A stretch of 64,000 nucleotides of DNA from Polyangiales bacterium (GTDB lineage: Bacteria; Myxococcota_A; Polyangia; Polyangiales; Ga0077539). Shown one piece after another: positions 1 to 9,346 of the stretch. The position numbers and the translations under genes are program-made. The stretch lies in the NCBI GenBank assembly GCA_044229975.1, contig JBGARZ010000003.1, forward strand, positions 480,001-544,000, read 5' to 3'. The notes below the pieces were generated by a model. The model did not search any database, was not told the origin of the DNA, and worked only from the letters and a program-made list of their open reading frames with translations. How positions within the stretch are numbered: the first letter of the stretch is position 1; every line of letters begins with the position of its first letter.

Positions 1-78
1 ACCGTTGGCGAGCGCGGGGGGAGCGCCGAGCGAGAGGGCCAACGCGAGGAGGAGACCGTGACCGAGAGAGCGCTTCAC
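1..78 (-). CDS. Partial CDS (5' end) of a secreted protein running off the window
   Basis: GTG at 78 reads MKRSLGHGLLLALALSLGAPPALANG, a clear signal peptide. Confidence 0.55.
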   Translation of the reverse strand, partial: MKRSLGHGLLLALALSLGAPPALANG

Positions 79-152
79 GTTGGTAGAGGTGACGCGTACG
101 GGAGATCCGCGTCACTCGCAAGGCGCGACCCGACGGCGATACCATCACGCCC

Positions 153-923
153 ATGCACTCCCCCCTCGCGCTCGACGACGTCGGCCACGGCGACCCCTGG
201 GTGCTCCTGCACTCCTTCCCCATCGACCGCCGCATGTGGTCGGCGCAGTCCGTCGCCCTCGCCGCCGCGGGTCATCGCGTCATCGCGGTCGACCTGCCCG
301 GCTTCGGCGCCTCCCCTCCCCTCGTCACCGACGCGCCTTCGCTCGACGGCTACGTCGACGCCGTGCTCACCACGCTCGACCACCTCGCGCTCGACCGCGT
401 CACCGTGCTCGGCCTCTCGCTCGGTGGGTACGTCGCGCTGCGCCTCGCCGCCCGCGCCCCCGAGCGACTCCGCGCATTGGTGCTCGCCGACACCCGCGCG
501 GCCGGCGATAGCCCCGAGACGCGCGCGAGCCGCGTGCTCAACCTGGGACTCGTTCGCTCCAAGGGTCCGGCGGCGCTCATCGAGAAGATGCTCCCGCACC
601 TGCTCGCGCCGGGCGCGCCCGAGGCGTTGCGATCGACGCTGCGAGCGTGGGCCGCCGAGCAGTCCGCGGAGGGCGTCACCCACGCGCTGCTTGCCATGCG
701 CGACCGGCCCGACGCGTCGGCGGTGCTCCCGACGCTGCGCGGCCCGACGTTGCTCGTGGTCGGAGAGCACGACGGCATCACGCCACCGAGCGAGCACGGC
801 ACCATGGCGACGGCCATCGCGGGAGCGCGGGTGGAGGTCATCGCGGGCGCGGGGCATCTCTCCAACCTGGAGCGCCCCGATGAGTTCAACCGGGCGGTGA
901 TCCAGTTCGCGCGGCCGTCTTGA
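153..923 (+). CDS. Alpha/beta hydrolase (enol-lactonase/PcaD-like)
   Basis: LLHSFP, DLPGFG, GLSLGG nucleophile elbow, GEHD, AGHLSNLE. Confidence 0.9.
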   Translation: MHSPLALDDVGHGDPWVLLHSFPIDRRMWSAQSVALAAAGHRVIAVDLPGFGASPPLVTDAPSLDGYVDAVLTTLDHLALDRVTVLGLSLGGYVALRLAARAPERLRALVLADTRAAGDSPETRASRVLNLGLVRSKGPAALIEKMLPHLLAPGAPEALRSTLRAWAAEQSAEGVTHALLAMRDRPDASAVLPTLRGPTLLVVGEHDGITPPSEHGTMATAIAGARVEVIAGAGHLSNLERPDEFNRAVIQFARPS

Positions 924-1218
924 GCGCGCGCTCCATGCGGTCGATCTGGCCGTCGATGGCGTCGAGGCGGCGCGGAGCGAACTCCCGGTCGAGCCACTTC
1001 CCGCTCAGCAGCACGAAGCCCACCGCAGCCAGATATCCGGTCGCCGCGGGCCAGCCCAACCACAGGTGCACCAGCCACCCGAGGCCATAGCCCGCGCCGA
1101 AGCAGACCAGCACCGTCGGGATGAGCGCGTCGTGGCGGTGCGCCTCCCACCACGAGATGCGATCGAAGAGCTGCTTGCGCTGACGGCGGAGGTCATCGAG
1201 GGAGGGCGGTGCGGCCAT
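886..1218 (-). CDS. Small membrane protein with two TM helices
   Basis: Two hydrophobic segments flanked by coiled-coil-like ends; overlaps the 3' end of the hydrolase. Confidence 0.6.
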   Translation of the reverse strand: MAAPPSLDDLRRQRKQLFDRISWWEAHRHDALIPTVLVCFGAGYGLGWLVHLWLGWPAATGYLAAVGFVLLSGKWLDREFAPRRLDAIDGQIDRMERALKTAARTGSPPG

Positions 1219-1356
1219 GTCGGGGATGGCGGCACTCTATCCAGCTCGGGCACCGGGGCAACGCCCCATCGCGCATGGGCTTGTCGCGCGTCTCCCATCG
1301 CGGGCACCATCGTCGGCCGACGGGCTCAACGCCTCCCAGACAAAGGACGACAGACG

Positions 1357-2160
1357 ATGGCCGACGCGACGCTGGTGAAGCCGGGCAGCAAGGTGAAGCT
1401 GAAGGACCACGACCCGGGCGACACCCGCGGCGTGAAGGACAAGGACGACGCGCTGGAGCAGCTCGACAAGTGCCGCGTCCAGATGTGCGAGTTGCAGGAG
1501 CGCCTCTACGCCGAGAACAAGCGCGCGTTGCTGGTGGTGCTCCAGGCGATGGACACGGGCGGCAAGGACGGGACGGTCAAGAGCGTGCTGTCGGGGGTCA
1601 ACCCGACGGGCGTGGAGATCGTCAGCTTCAAGGCTCCGTCCGAGGAGGAGCGCGACCACGACTTCCTCTGGCGGGTGCATCAGAAGGTTCCGCGGCGGGG
1701 CAACATCGGGATCTTCAACCGCTCGCACTACGAGGACGTGCTCATCGCGCGGGTGCACGAGTTCGCGCCCGCCAAGGAGATCGAGAAGCGGTACGAGGTC
1801 ATCAACCGCTTCGAGGAGAACCTCGCCGACACCGGGACGACGGTGCTGAAGTTCTTCCTCAACATCTCCAAGGACGAACAGAAGCGGCGGCTCGAAGAGC
1901 GCCTCGCCGACGAGGAGAAGATCTGGAAGTTCGACCTCGGCGACATCCGCGAGCGCGAGAAATGGGCGGAATACCAGCAGTCCTACGAGATCGCCCTCTC
2001 GCGGTGTTCTACGAAAGCCGCCCCCTGGTACATCGTTCCCGCAGACCGGAAGTGGTACCGAAACCTCGTGGTGGCAAAGGCCATCGTCGACACGCTGCGG
2101 AACATGGACCCCAGGCCCCCGAAGGCCACCTTCGACCCCTCCACGATCAAGATCACCTGA
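1357..2160 (+). CDS. ppk2: Polyphosphate kinase 2 family (polyP:nucleotide phosphotransferase)
   Basis: LQAMDTGGKDG Walker A, FNRSHYEDV, APWYIVPADRKWYRN; AAGGA RBS upstream of ATG 1357. Confidence 0.92.
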   Translation: MADATLVKPGSKVKLKDHDPGDTRGVKDKDDALEQLDKCRVQMCELQERLYAENKRALLVVLQAMDTGGKDGTVKSVLSGVNPTGVEIVSFKAPSEEERDHDFLWRVHQKVPRRGNIGIFNRSHYEDVLIARVHEFAPAKEIEKRYEVINRFEENLADTGTTVLKFFLNISKDEQKRRLEERLADEEKIWKFDLGDIREREKWAEYQQSYEIALSRCSTKAAPWYIVPADRKWYRNLVVAKAIVDTLRNMDPRPPKATFDPSTIKIT

Positions 2161-2267
2161 GCCCTTCACCGACGCTGCGGTGCGTCGCGTGTGTCTGGTA
2201 GTGTCGGCCCACCGCGCGGCGCGTCGGGTCATTCGAGGCCCCGCTGCCCGCCCGTCGGAGGTGTCTC

Positions 2268-3320
2268 GTGCAGCGTTCGTGGTTGGCCCCGCTGGTGTTG
2301 TTCGGTGCCCTGTCGATCACCCGCGCAGCCAGCGCGCAGGTCCCCCCGGAGGGAGGGCCCTCGGTCGCCGATCGCGCCGAGGCGCGCCGACACTTCCAGC
2401 TCGGCGTCGCGGCCTACACCGGCAGCCGCTGGGCCGCCGCGCTCGAAGAGTTCCAGCGCGCCTACCGCCTCGCGCCGCACCCGTCGGTGCGCGTCAACAT
2501 CGCCAACTGCTTCGTGCACCTCGACCGCCCCACCGACGCGCTCTTCCACTTCGAGCAGTTTCTCGCCGAGAGCCCCTCCGCCCCCGACGCGCAGGTCACC
2601 GAGGTCGAGTCGCAGATCAACCAGCTCCGCACCCGCGTCGGTGAGCTTCAGCTCGTCGTGACGCCCGCCAACGCCGCGGGCCTCGCGGTCACCCTCGACG
2701 GGCAGGCCGTCTCGCTCGGCCGCCCCCTCCACGTCGCGCCTGGCCATCACGTCGTCGAGGCGCTCGCCGAGGGCCACACGACCCTCCGCCGCGAGATCGA
2801 CGCCGCCGCGGGCCAGGCCCAGGTGCTCACCCTCGCGCTCGAATCCACCGCCCCGCCGACCCCGCCGCCGACGCCGGTCCCCATCGTCGCGCCGCCGCCG
2901 ACGCCCGTCGTCGTCGCGCCCGACCCCGTGCCGCCACCCGTCGCCGCGCCCGTCGACACCACCCGCCGCGGTCCGCCGCCGGCGGTCTTCTACGCCGTCG
3001 CAGGCGTGACCGGCGTCGCCGCCATAGGGTGGATCACCGCGGGCGCCCTCGCCCTCTCCGCCGACTCGGACTTCAACGCCACCGTCAACGAGGTCCAGAC
3101 CGGCAGCGGCAACCTCGCGACCCTGCAAGCGCGCGGGCGGGACGAGGCCGCGCGGGCGTCGCAGCTCGCGACGTGGTCGGATGTCGCGATGGGCGTCACG
3201 CTCGTCGGCGCCGCCGCCTCCGTGGTGCTCTTCCTGAAGACGGACTTCCGTAGCCCCGTGACCGTCGGCGCCTCGGCCTCGGCTGGGCGTGGTCTTCTCA
3301 CCGTCGGAGGGAGTTTCTAG
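2268..3320 (+). CDS. Secreted TPR + PEGA-like domain protein with hydrophobic C-terminal region
   Basis: Signal peptide; TPR (EARRHFQLG...ALEEFQRAY...NIANC); PEGA-like VTLDG...PGHHVVEA; Pro-rich linker; ends in GGSF. Confidence 0.8.
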   Translation: MQRSWLAPLVLFGALSITRAASAQVPPEGGPSVADRAEARRHFQLGVAAYTGSRWAAALEEFQRAYRLAPHPSVRVNIANCFVHLDRPTDALFHFEQFLAESPSAPDAQVTEVESQINQLRTRVGELQLVVTPANAAGLAVTLDGQAVSLGRPLHVAPGHHVVEALAEGHTTLRREIDAAAGQAQVLTLALESTAPPTPPPTPVPIVAPPPTPVVVAPDPVPPPVAAPVDTTRRGPPPAVFYAVAGVTGVAAIGWITAGALALSADSDFNATVNEVQTGSGNLATLQARGRDEAARASQLATWSDVAMGVTLVGAAASVVLFLKTDFRSPVTVGASASAGRGLLTVGGSF

Positions 3321-3322
3321 CC

Positions 3323-5263
3323 ATGCAGCGCTCCTGGTTGGTCGCCTGCGCGACCCTGCTCTGTTCGTGCTCGGTGCTCGTCGACCCCGACAACTCGCGC
3401 CTCGACCGCTTCAGCACCGTCGTCGACTCGGGCACCACCGTCGACCGCCCCGCGCCCGTCGATCGTGCCGAGGACGTCCCCGCCCTCGACGTCGTCGCGA
3501 TCGATGTGCCCGACGCACCGCCCGTCGACGTGGTCACCCCCGACGCGCCCGACGTGCCCGCGCCCGACGTGCCCGCGCCCGACGTGGTCACCGCCGACAC
3601 GCCCGACGCGCCGATAGGTGACGTCCCGACCTCGCGCTGCACCACCTCCTGCGACGACGGCGTGGAGTGCACCGCCGACTCCTGCAACGAGGCGACCGCG
3701 ACCTGCGTCCACCGCACCGACGACACCGTCTGCGGCGCGCGCGAGCGCTGCGACGCGACCATGGACTGCGTTCGCGTGGACTGCACCGGCGACGCCGACT
3801 GCCAGGACGACACGCTCTGCAACGGCCGCGAGCGCTGCATGGCCAACCGCTGCGTGCCGGGCACCGCGGTCGAGTGCGGCGACGCCGTGGAGTGCACCGT
3901 CGACGCGTGTGATCCGGCCACCGGCATGTGCTCGCACACCGCCGACACGGCGCGCTGCGACGACGGCACATTCTGCAACGGCGCGGAGACGTGCAACCCC
4001 ACCATGGGCTGCCAGTCGGGCGCCGCGCCGGTGTGCGACGACCGCATCGAGTGCACGGCCGACCGCTGCGACGAGACCATGCGGCGCTGCGTGTACGCGC
4101 CCAACCCCTCGGCGTGCGCGGCGCCGGGCCCGTGCGTCACCGCGACCTGCGACCCGATGATGGGTTGCCGCAACACCCCCATCGCGGACTACTGCACCAG
4201 CTTCTGCGGCGGCGGCGCGGCCTGCGATACGACCACCGGGCGCTGCGGCACGGGCGTCCCCCGCGATTGCAGCGACGGCACGGCGTGCACCACCGACCGC
4301 TGCGACCCGACGGCGATGATGTGCCGCTCGACCCCGGTCGACGCCGACGGTGACGGCTTCGCCGCGGCCGCCGTGGGCGGGACGACGTGTCCCAGCGGCA
4401 ACGACTGCAACGACGCCGACCCGGCGATCAACCGCTCGGCCACCGAGCGCTGCAACATGATCGACGACGACTGCGACGGCGCCGTCGACGAGGACGGCGT
4501 CTGCATCGTGCCGGGCGAAGACTGCGCCCACGCCATCGCGCTCGCCCTCACGGGGACGACCACCACGCTCACGCGCACCGGCACCACGCTCGGGAGCACC
4601 AGCGACTTCACCAGCTCGTGCAGCGGCGCGGGGCCCGACCTCGTGTACGCCGTGACGCTACCCGGCGACGCCGACCTGCTCATCGAGGCGACGCCGACCG
4701 GTGGCAGCGACCCGGTGGTGTCGGTGCGCGACACCTGCGGGGGGCCTGAGCTCGGGTGCAACGACGATGCGACCCAGCGCGCCAATGACGCGCGGGTGTT
4801 CTTGCGGGCGAGGCCGACGAGCGGGACGCGCACCGTGTTCGTGGTGGTCGACGAGGTGGGCACCCGCGGCGGGCCCTTCACGCTTCGCCTCTCCCGCAGC
4901 ACCGCCGTCGCACCGGCCACGTGCAACACCAGCGGCCTCTTCAACGTCACGGCGGGCGGAACGGTCATCGGCCGCACCTCCACCGGCAACGGCAGCCACT
5001 ACGCGACCTGCGGCGGCTTCGGCAACGGCGAGGACGTGATGTTCTTCAACGCCACGTCGCGCATGGCGGTCAACTTCCTCCTGGTGACGGGCAACCAGGT
5101 CGCCTACGTGCGACAGAACCAGTGCGCCGGCATCCAGGCCAGGCAGCTCGCGTGCTTCACGGGCTCGTCGCGCACCACGCTCGACGCGGGCTCCACCTGG
5201 ATCATGGTCGACGCCACGAACAACTCGGGCGAGGGCTTCTACATCTTCCGGGTGCAGCCGTGA
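3323..5263 (+). CDS. Cys-rich repeat lipoprotein with MopE-type putative metal-binding motif
   Basis: Lipobox-like LLCSC; Asp/Pro/Val linker; repeated CDDGxxCTxDxC and CNGxExC units; DADGDGF...DCNDADPAIN...ERCNMIDDDCDGAVDE. Confidence 0.85.
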   Translation: MQRSWLVACATLLCSCSVLVDPDNSRLDRFSTVVDSGTTVDRPAPVDRAEDVPALDVVAIDVPDAPPVDVVTPDAPDVPAPDVPAPDVVTADTPDAPIGDVPTSRCTTSCDDGVECTADSCNEATATCVHRTDDTVCGARERCDATMDCVRVDCTGDADCQDDTLCNGRERCMANRCVPGTAVECGDAVECTVDACDPATGMCSHTADTARCDDGTFCNGAETCNPTMGCQSGAAPVCDDRIECTADRCDETMRRCVYAPNPSACAAPGPCVTATCDPMMGCRNTPIADYCTSFCGGGAACDTTTGRCGTGVPRDCSDGTACTTDRCDPTAMMCRSTPVDADGDGFAAAAVGGTTCPSGNDCNDADPAINRSATERCNMIDDDCDGAVDEDGVCIVPGEDCAHAIALALTGTTTTLTRTGTTLGSTSDFTSSCSGAGPDLVYAVTLPGDADLLIEATPTGGSDPVVSVRDTCGGPELGCNDDATQRANDARVFLRARPTSGTRTVFVVVDEVGTRGGPFTLRLSRSTAVAPATCNTSGLFNVTAGGTVIGRTSTGNGSHYATCGGFGNGEDVMFFNATSRMAVNFLLVTGNQVAYVRQNQCAGIQARQLACFTGSSRTTLDAGSTWIMVDATNNSGEGFYIFRVQP

Positions 5264-5318
5264 TGCAGGCTGTTCGTGCGCCTTGCACCCCTCTGTTCAG
5301 CGGGCTATCAACGTTGCG

Positions 5319-6248
5319 ATGACCGCGGCGGGCACAGGCGACGAGCTCGATACCCTGCGCGCTCGCGCCGAACAGGCGCTCCAGCGCGACCTCCCCAAGG
5401 AGCATGTGAGGGGCCTCCTCGAAGCCCTCGCCGCGCGGGCGAGCGACGACAGCCCCGAGGCGTGCTTCGCCAACCGGCACCTCGCCGAGAGCCTCCTCGA
5501 AGAGAGCCCGTGGCGAGCCGCGCTGCACCTGAGGCGGCTGCTGAAATCGTCCCCCGAAGACGACGCGGCCCACGCCCTCATGGGGCTCTCCCAGGCGCTC
5601 CAGGCCAACTACCGCATGGCGGTGTCGTCGTTTCGCAGAGCCGTCGCCATCTCGCCTTCCAACCCCTGGTACCACCACAACCTCGGTCACCTCCTCGACG
5701 TCGCGCTCAGCCAGCCGGCGAGCGCGCTGCCGCACCTCCAGCGCGCCTTCAAGGCGCAGCCCTCGCAAGAAGAGGTGGGCGCCTCGTACGCGCAGTGCCT
5801 CGGCCGCCTCGGGCGCTGCGCCGAGGGCCTCGACGTGGTCATCGCGCTCCTACAGAAGCACCCGCGTCACAGCGATCTGCTCGCCCTCCGTAGCTGGCTC
5901 GAACGTGGTGCCCCGGCAGGCACCCGCAGCGCCTCCAAGACCCCTGGCCGGCGGCGCACCGAAAACGCCGACGACTCGGCGCGCGAGATGATCCGCGCGA
6001 CCTTGAGCAAGCTCGCCCGCCCGGTCGCACACGTCGACGAGGCCCTGCGGGCGTGGGCGTCGTACGCGGCCGCCTCGACCGGCGAAGCGATGCTCGATCG
6101 CCCCACGCTCGCGGCGCTCGACTACATCGCGGCGCGGCGACTCGGGCAGCGCGTGACGCAGAAGCATGTGGCGCTGGAGCATGACGTGACGGCCAACGCG
6201 CTCTCCGCGCGGTACTCGCGCATCCGACTGCGTCTGCTCGGCGCCTAG
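5319..6248 (+). CDS. TPR protein with C-terminal TFIIB-like helical/HTH domain
   Basis: Several TPRs (AHALMGLSQ, WYHHNLGHLL); C-terminal AALDYIAARRLGQRVTQKHVALEHDVTANALSARYSRI; start may be TTG 5283. Confidence 0.75.
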   Translation: MTAAGTGDELDTLRARAEQALQRDLPKEHVRGLLEALAARASDDSPEACFANRHLAESLLEESPWRAALHLRRLLKSSPEDDAAHALMGLSQALQANYRMAVSSFRRAVAISPSNPWYHHNLGHLLDVALSQPASALPHLQRAFKAQPSQEEVGASYAQCLGRLGRCAEGLDVVIALLQKHPRHSDLLALRSWLERGAPAGTRSASKTPGRRRTENADDSAREMIRATLSKLARPVAHVDEALRAWASYAAASTGEAMLDRPTLAALDYIAARRLGQRVTQKHVALEHDVTANALSARYSRIRLRLLGA

Positions 6249-7462
6249 CGGCAGCGCATCCGTAGTCGGTCGACGTCTTCGTGGCAGACGGCGCACGGTC
6301 GCTCGGACGCCCGCAGCAGCGCACCGCAGCGCGACAGAAACGACGGCGGATGCGGCGAGAACCCGCCGCCGCCGCGCCCCAGGGTGGCGTGGCAGGTCAC
6401 GCAGTCCTGCTCGCTGTGACAGGAGGTGCAGGTTCGCATCGCGCGTCGCGCTTCGACGCCGTGGTGCCGCAGCGTGACGGGCCCCGTCGACCACACCTCC
6501 GCGGGCGGGTGGAAGCGACCGAGCGCGCGCGAGGCCGTGGGCGACGAAGTCGCGACACCGGCCCGCTGATGACAAGCCACGCAGAACGTCGACGCGCGAT
6601 GACACGACCCGCAGCGGTCGCTGTTCATGCGGGCGTCGACGGGGTGCATGGTGAGGTAGTCGTTGGGGTGCGTGCGGCGATCGCGCACGCGGCCGTCGTG
6701 GCAGGCCGCGCACTCGCCCTCGGTGTGACAGACGGCGCAACGACTGCCGTCCTGGGCCGCGCTCGTGCGGTGTGTGAACCAGAAGTCCGCGTCGTGGTGG
6801 AGGCCGTTCATCCAGCGCGGCGGGTTCATCCACTCGTCGCCGAAGCGGGTTTGCAGTCGACCGTCGGGCTGCGTGAGGTGGCAGGTCGCGCAGCGGTCGG
6901 GCGCGCCGCCCGGTCGATGACAGGTGAGGCAGCTCGACATGCGCGGGAGTTCGAGACGGGTGGCGAGACCGACGCCCCGCACTCCCTCATGGCAGCGCTC
7001 GCACGACATCCCCTGGGCCATGTGACGCGCATGGGAGAAGCGCAGGTTGGCGGCCGGAACCTCCGCGCGCGCCACCCGCATCGGCGCCTCCGGGCGCCAC
7101 CCGTCGTGGCAGAGATCGCATCCGCCGAGCGGGTTGGCCGCGGCGGTCGTCGGGTGCGCGCGGTCGACCGAGTGGCAGGGCGCGCACGAGGCCTCGGTCG
7201 GAAGGAGGCTGTCCTCGACGCGGGCGCTGCTGCTCGCCGAAGCATGACAGCGCACGCAGGTCATCCCCGGCATGGCGAGGTGCCGGTCGTGCTGGAAGTG
7301 CAGCGGCAGACGTTGCGTCGGGTAGATGAGGTGCGACGGCCCGTCGTCGGACGACGACGAGCGCGCGGGCGAACGCGTCTGCGCGAACACGGCACCCGCG
7401 GTGGCAGCCAGCGCCAGCGCGAGCGCGAGCGCCGCGCGAAACCAGGCAGAGACGCGCGTCAC
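6245..7462 (-). CDS. Multiheme cytochrome c (13 CxxCH)
   Basis: Signal peptide from GTG 7462; motifs CVRCH, CAPCH, CDLCH, CERCH, CLTCH, CATCH, CAVCH, CAACH, CGSCH, CVACH, CTSCH, CVTCH, CAVCH. Confidence 0.92.
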   Translation of the reverse strand: MTRVSAWFRAALALALALAATAGAVFAQTRSPARSSSSDDGPSHLIYPTQRLPLHFQHDRHLAMPGMTCVRCHASASSSARVEDSLLPTEASCAPCHSVDRAHPTTAAANPLGGCDLCHDGWRPEAPMRVARAEVPAANLRFSHARHMAQGMSCERCHEGVRGVGLATRLELPRMSSCLTCHRPGGAPDRCATCHLTQPDGRLQTRFGDEWMNPPRWMNGLHHDADFWFTHRTSAAQDGSRCAVCHTEGECAACHDGRVRDRRTHPNDYLTMHPVDARMNSDRCGSCHRASTFCVACHQRAGVATSSPTASRALGRFHPPAEVWSTGPVTLRHHGVEARRAMRTCTSCHSEQDCVTCHATLGRGGGGFSPHPPSFLSRCGALLRASERPCAVCHEDVDRLRMRCR

Positions 7463-8907
7463 GGTGGCGCCCTCAGCTGGAGCACGGCGACGGCGCGCAG
7501 GCGGTGACCCACCACGGCGTTGAGGTCGTCTTCGAGGCTCACGCTCACCTGCGCGATGCGGCCGAGGACGGCGGTGGCGCCGAGCACGAGACCGAGCCCG
7601 TCGAGGCTGCGATCGGCGCGCAGGGCATCGCGCACGTGGGCGTACGACACGAGCGCGTCGAGGCGCAGCACGCGCCGCAGCACCCACGCCTGGAGTGACA
7701 CGTCGGCGTTGGCGCGTAGCCCGAGCTCACCTCCCTCGACGCTGCCTCGTGCGGTCGTCTCCCAACGCGAGCGGCGCACGCGCAGCGAGGCCGAGCCGCC
7801 GGTGTTGAGGGGCGTTCCGAGGGAGGCGGCGGAGTTGGTGGGGGTCTCGCTGTCGAGGAGGTAGCGGCGCACCCAGGCGCCCAGCGAGAGGTCGACGGCG
7901 CGGGCGATGGGATACGAAAACGACCCGCGCGCCTCGTCCGTCGGGTCGACCCAGAACGACGCCCAGATGGACGTCAGGTCGAACATCGGCCGCACCCGCA
8001 GCACCTCCAGCGACCATCGTCCGGCGCGCCTGGGCAACCCTTCGACGCCCGCCGCGGCCGTGGTCACCGTCGACATGGGAACCATGTACACCGCCTCGGC
8101 GAAGACCCGCACCGTCGACGTCACCTGGAGGTCCGTTCGCGCCGCGAGAACCTCCTCGACGACGCCGTCATCGCCCCACAGGCGACGCCACGACACCCGC
8201 GCATCGAAGCGGGACGACGGGTGTAGCTCCAGCGCCGCACCGACCACCGCAGCGGCGGCGCGGTCGACGACGGCGGTGGCGATGGAGCGGTCCCACCCGG
8301 TGCGATCGGCGCGAAGCAGACCGTCGCGCTCGTAGCGGCCGTTGGAGAGGGGGAAGCCCGCGCGGGTCTCCCATCCGCCGTACGCCTCGATGGAGGCGGT
8401 GGTACCGAGGTTGAGCCGCGCGAGCGCGCCGTCGAAGAGGAAGAAGCCCACCGGGTCGACGATGAGCTGACGACCCGCGCGCAGGTCGAGTCGGCCGCGC
8501 CCGATGCCCGCGACCTCGACGAAGCCAAAGGGCAGGTCGACGGCGCGGCGCGCGAAGAGCGGCGCAAACTCGGCCGCGCGGGAGCGGTTGAGCTCGTCGA
8601 GGCAGCGGTCGGTTCCGGGGTCGCAGGCCGAGCCGAAGTCGCTGTCGATGCGCAGGCGGGCGCGCACACGCACAACAGGGTCGCGCCGATCTTCGGGGTG
8701 GGAAGCGCCCGCGAGGCTGAGGGTCTGGGTGTAGCGACGGAGCGAGAGCACCGCGGCGCCGGCGGGGCCGCGCACCTGCCACGACGAGAGCGTGGACTCG
8801 GCGCGCACCTCGGCGTCAAACGCGTGCGAGCGCGCCGGAAACGACAGCCCCCCCAGGGCGAGAGCGATCGCGAGGAGACTACGAGCGGTCGGTGATGCGG
8901 GTGCCAC
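7459..8907 (-). CDS. Predicted outer-membrane beta-barrel (porin-like) protein
   Basis: Signal peptide; many amphipathic beta-strand patterns; LRAGRQL...FDGA motif typical of alginate-export/porin-like barrels; stop overlaps the cytochrome start. Confidence 0.7.
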   Translation of the reverse strand: MAPASPTARSLLAIALALGGLSFPARSHAFDAEVRAESTLSSWQVRGPAGAAVLSLRRYTQTLSLAGASHPEDRRDPVVRVRARLRIDSDFGSACDPGTDRCLDELNRSRAAEFAPLFARRAVDLPFGFVEVAGIGRGRLDLRAGRQLIVDPVGFFLFDGALARLNLGTTASIEAYGGWETRAGFPLSNGRYERDGLLRADRTGWDRSIATAVVDRAAAAVVGAALELHPSSRFDARVSWRRLWGDDGVVEEVLAARTDLQVTSTVRVFAEAVYMVPMSTVTTAAAGVEGLPRRAGRWSLEVLRVRPMFDLTSIWASFWVDPTDEARGSFSYPIARAVDLSLGAWVRRYLLDSETPTNSAASLGTPLNTGGSASLRVRRSRWETTARGSVEGGELGLRANADVSLQAWVLRRVLRLDALVSYAHVRDALRADRSLDGLGLVLGATAVLGRIAQVSVSLEDDLNAVVGHRLRAVAVLQLRAPP

Positions 8908-9346
8908 CGAAGCGCGCGATGAGCTCGTCGTCGTAGTGGTCGCCCACGGCGCCCACGCGGTGGATGAGAAACTCCACCTCCGAGCGTTCGAGGTCGAGGG
9001 TGCGACGCTCGGCGACGACCACCACGCGGTCTTCCTGGAGGCCGAAGGACACCGCCCCGAGACCGCCCGCGTTGAGCTCTAGCAGCATGCGGAACATCGG
9101 CAGCGGATCACCCGACGCCACGCGCACGATGGGCGCCACGACGCGGAGCTGCGGCGAGTCCTCGCCCTCGCGCGCCGGGCGAAGAAACACGGCGACCGCG
9201 GCGCTGCCGCGCAACAGCGACCACCCGCGGCTGGGCTCCGGGACGCTGATGCGAACGCGGTCGGGGTCGAGCCCGAGACGACGGATGACGTCCTCGATGA
9301 GGGTCGCGGCGTGTGTGAGGTCTTCCTGCGATTGCGACTGGTCCAC
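8879..9346 (-). CDS. YbjN/CesT-like (T3SS chaperone fold) protein
   Basis: WSLLRGSA...LRVVAPIV...FRMLLELN...ADxxDDEL-like tail; AGGAG upstream of GTG 9346 (alternative ATG 9409). Confidence 0.75.
   Translation of the reverse strand: MDQSQSQEDLTHAATLIEDVIRRLGLDPDRVRISVPEPSRGWSLLRGSAAVAVFLRPAREGEDSPQLRVVAPIVRVASGDPLPMFRMLLELNAGGLGAVSFGLQEDRVVVVAERRTLDLERSEVEFLIHRVGAVGDHYDDELIARFGGTRITDRS

Noticed and set aside
3640..4330. Repeated tgcgacgac-type DNA motifs as a possible CRISPR array
   Set aside because: Degenerate in-frame Cys-rich protein repeats; no identical repeat-spacer structure and no cas genes.
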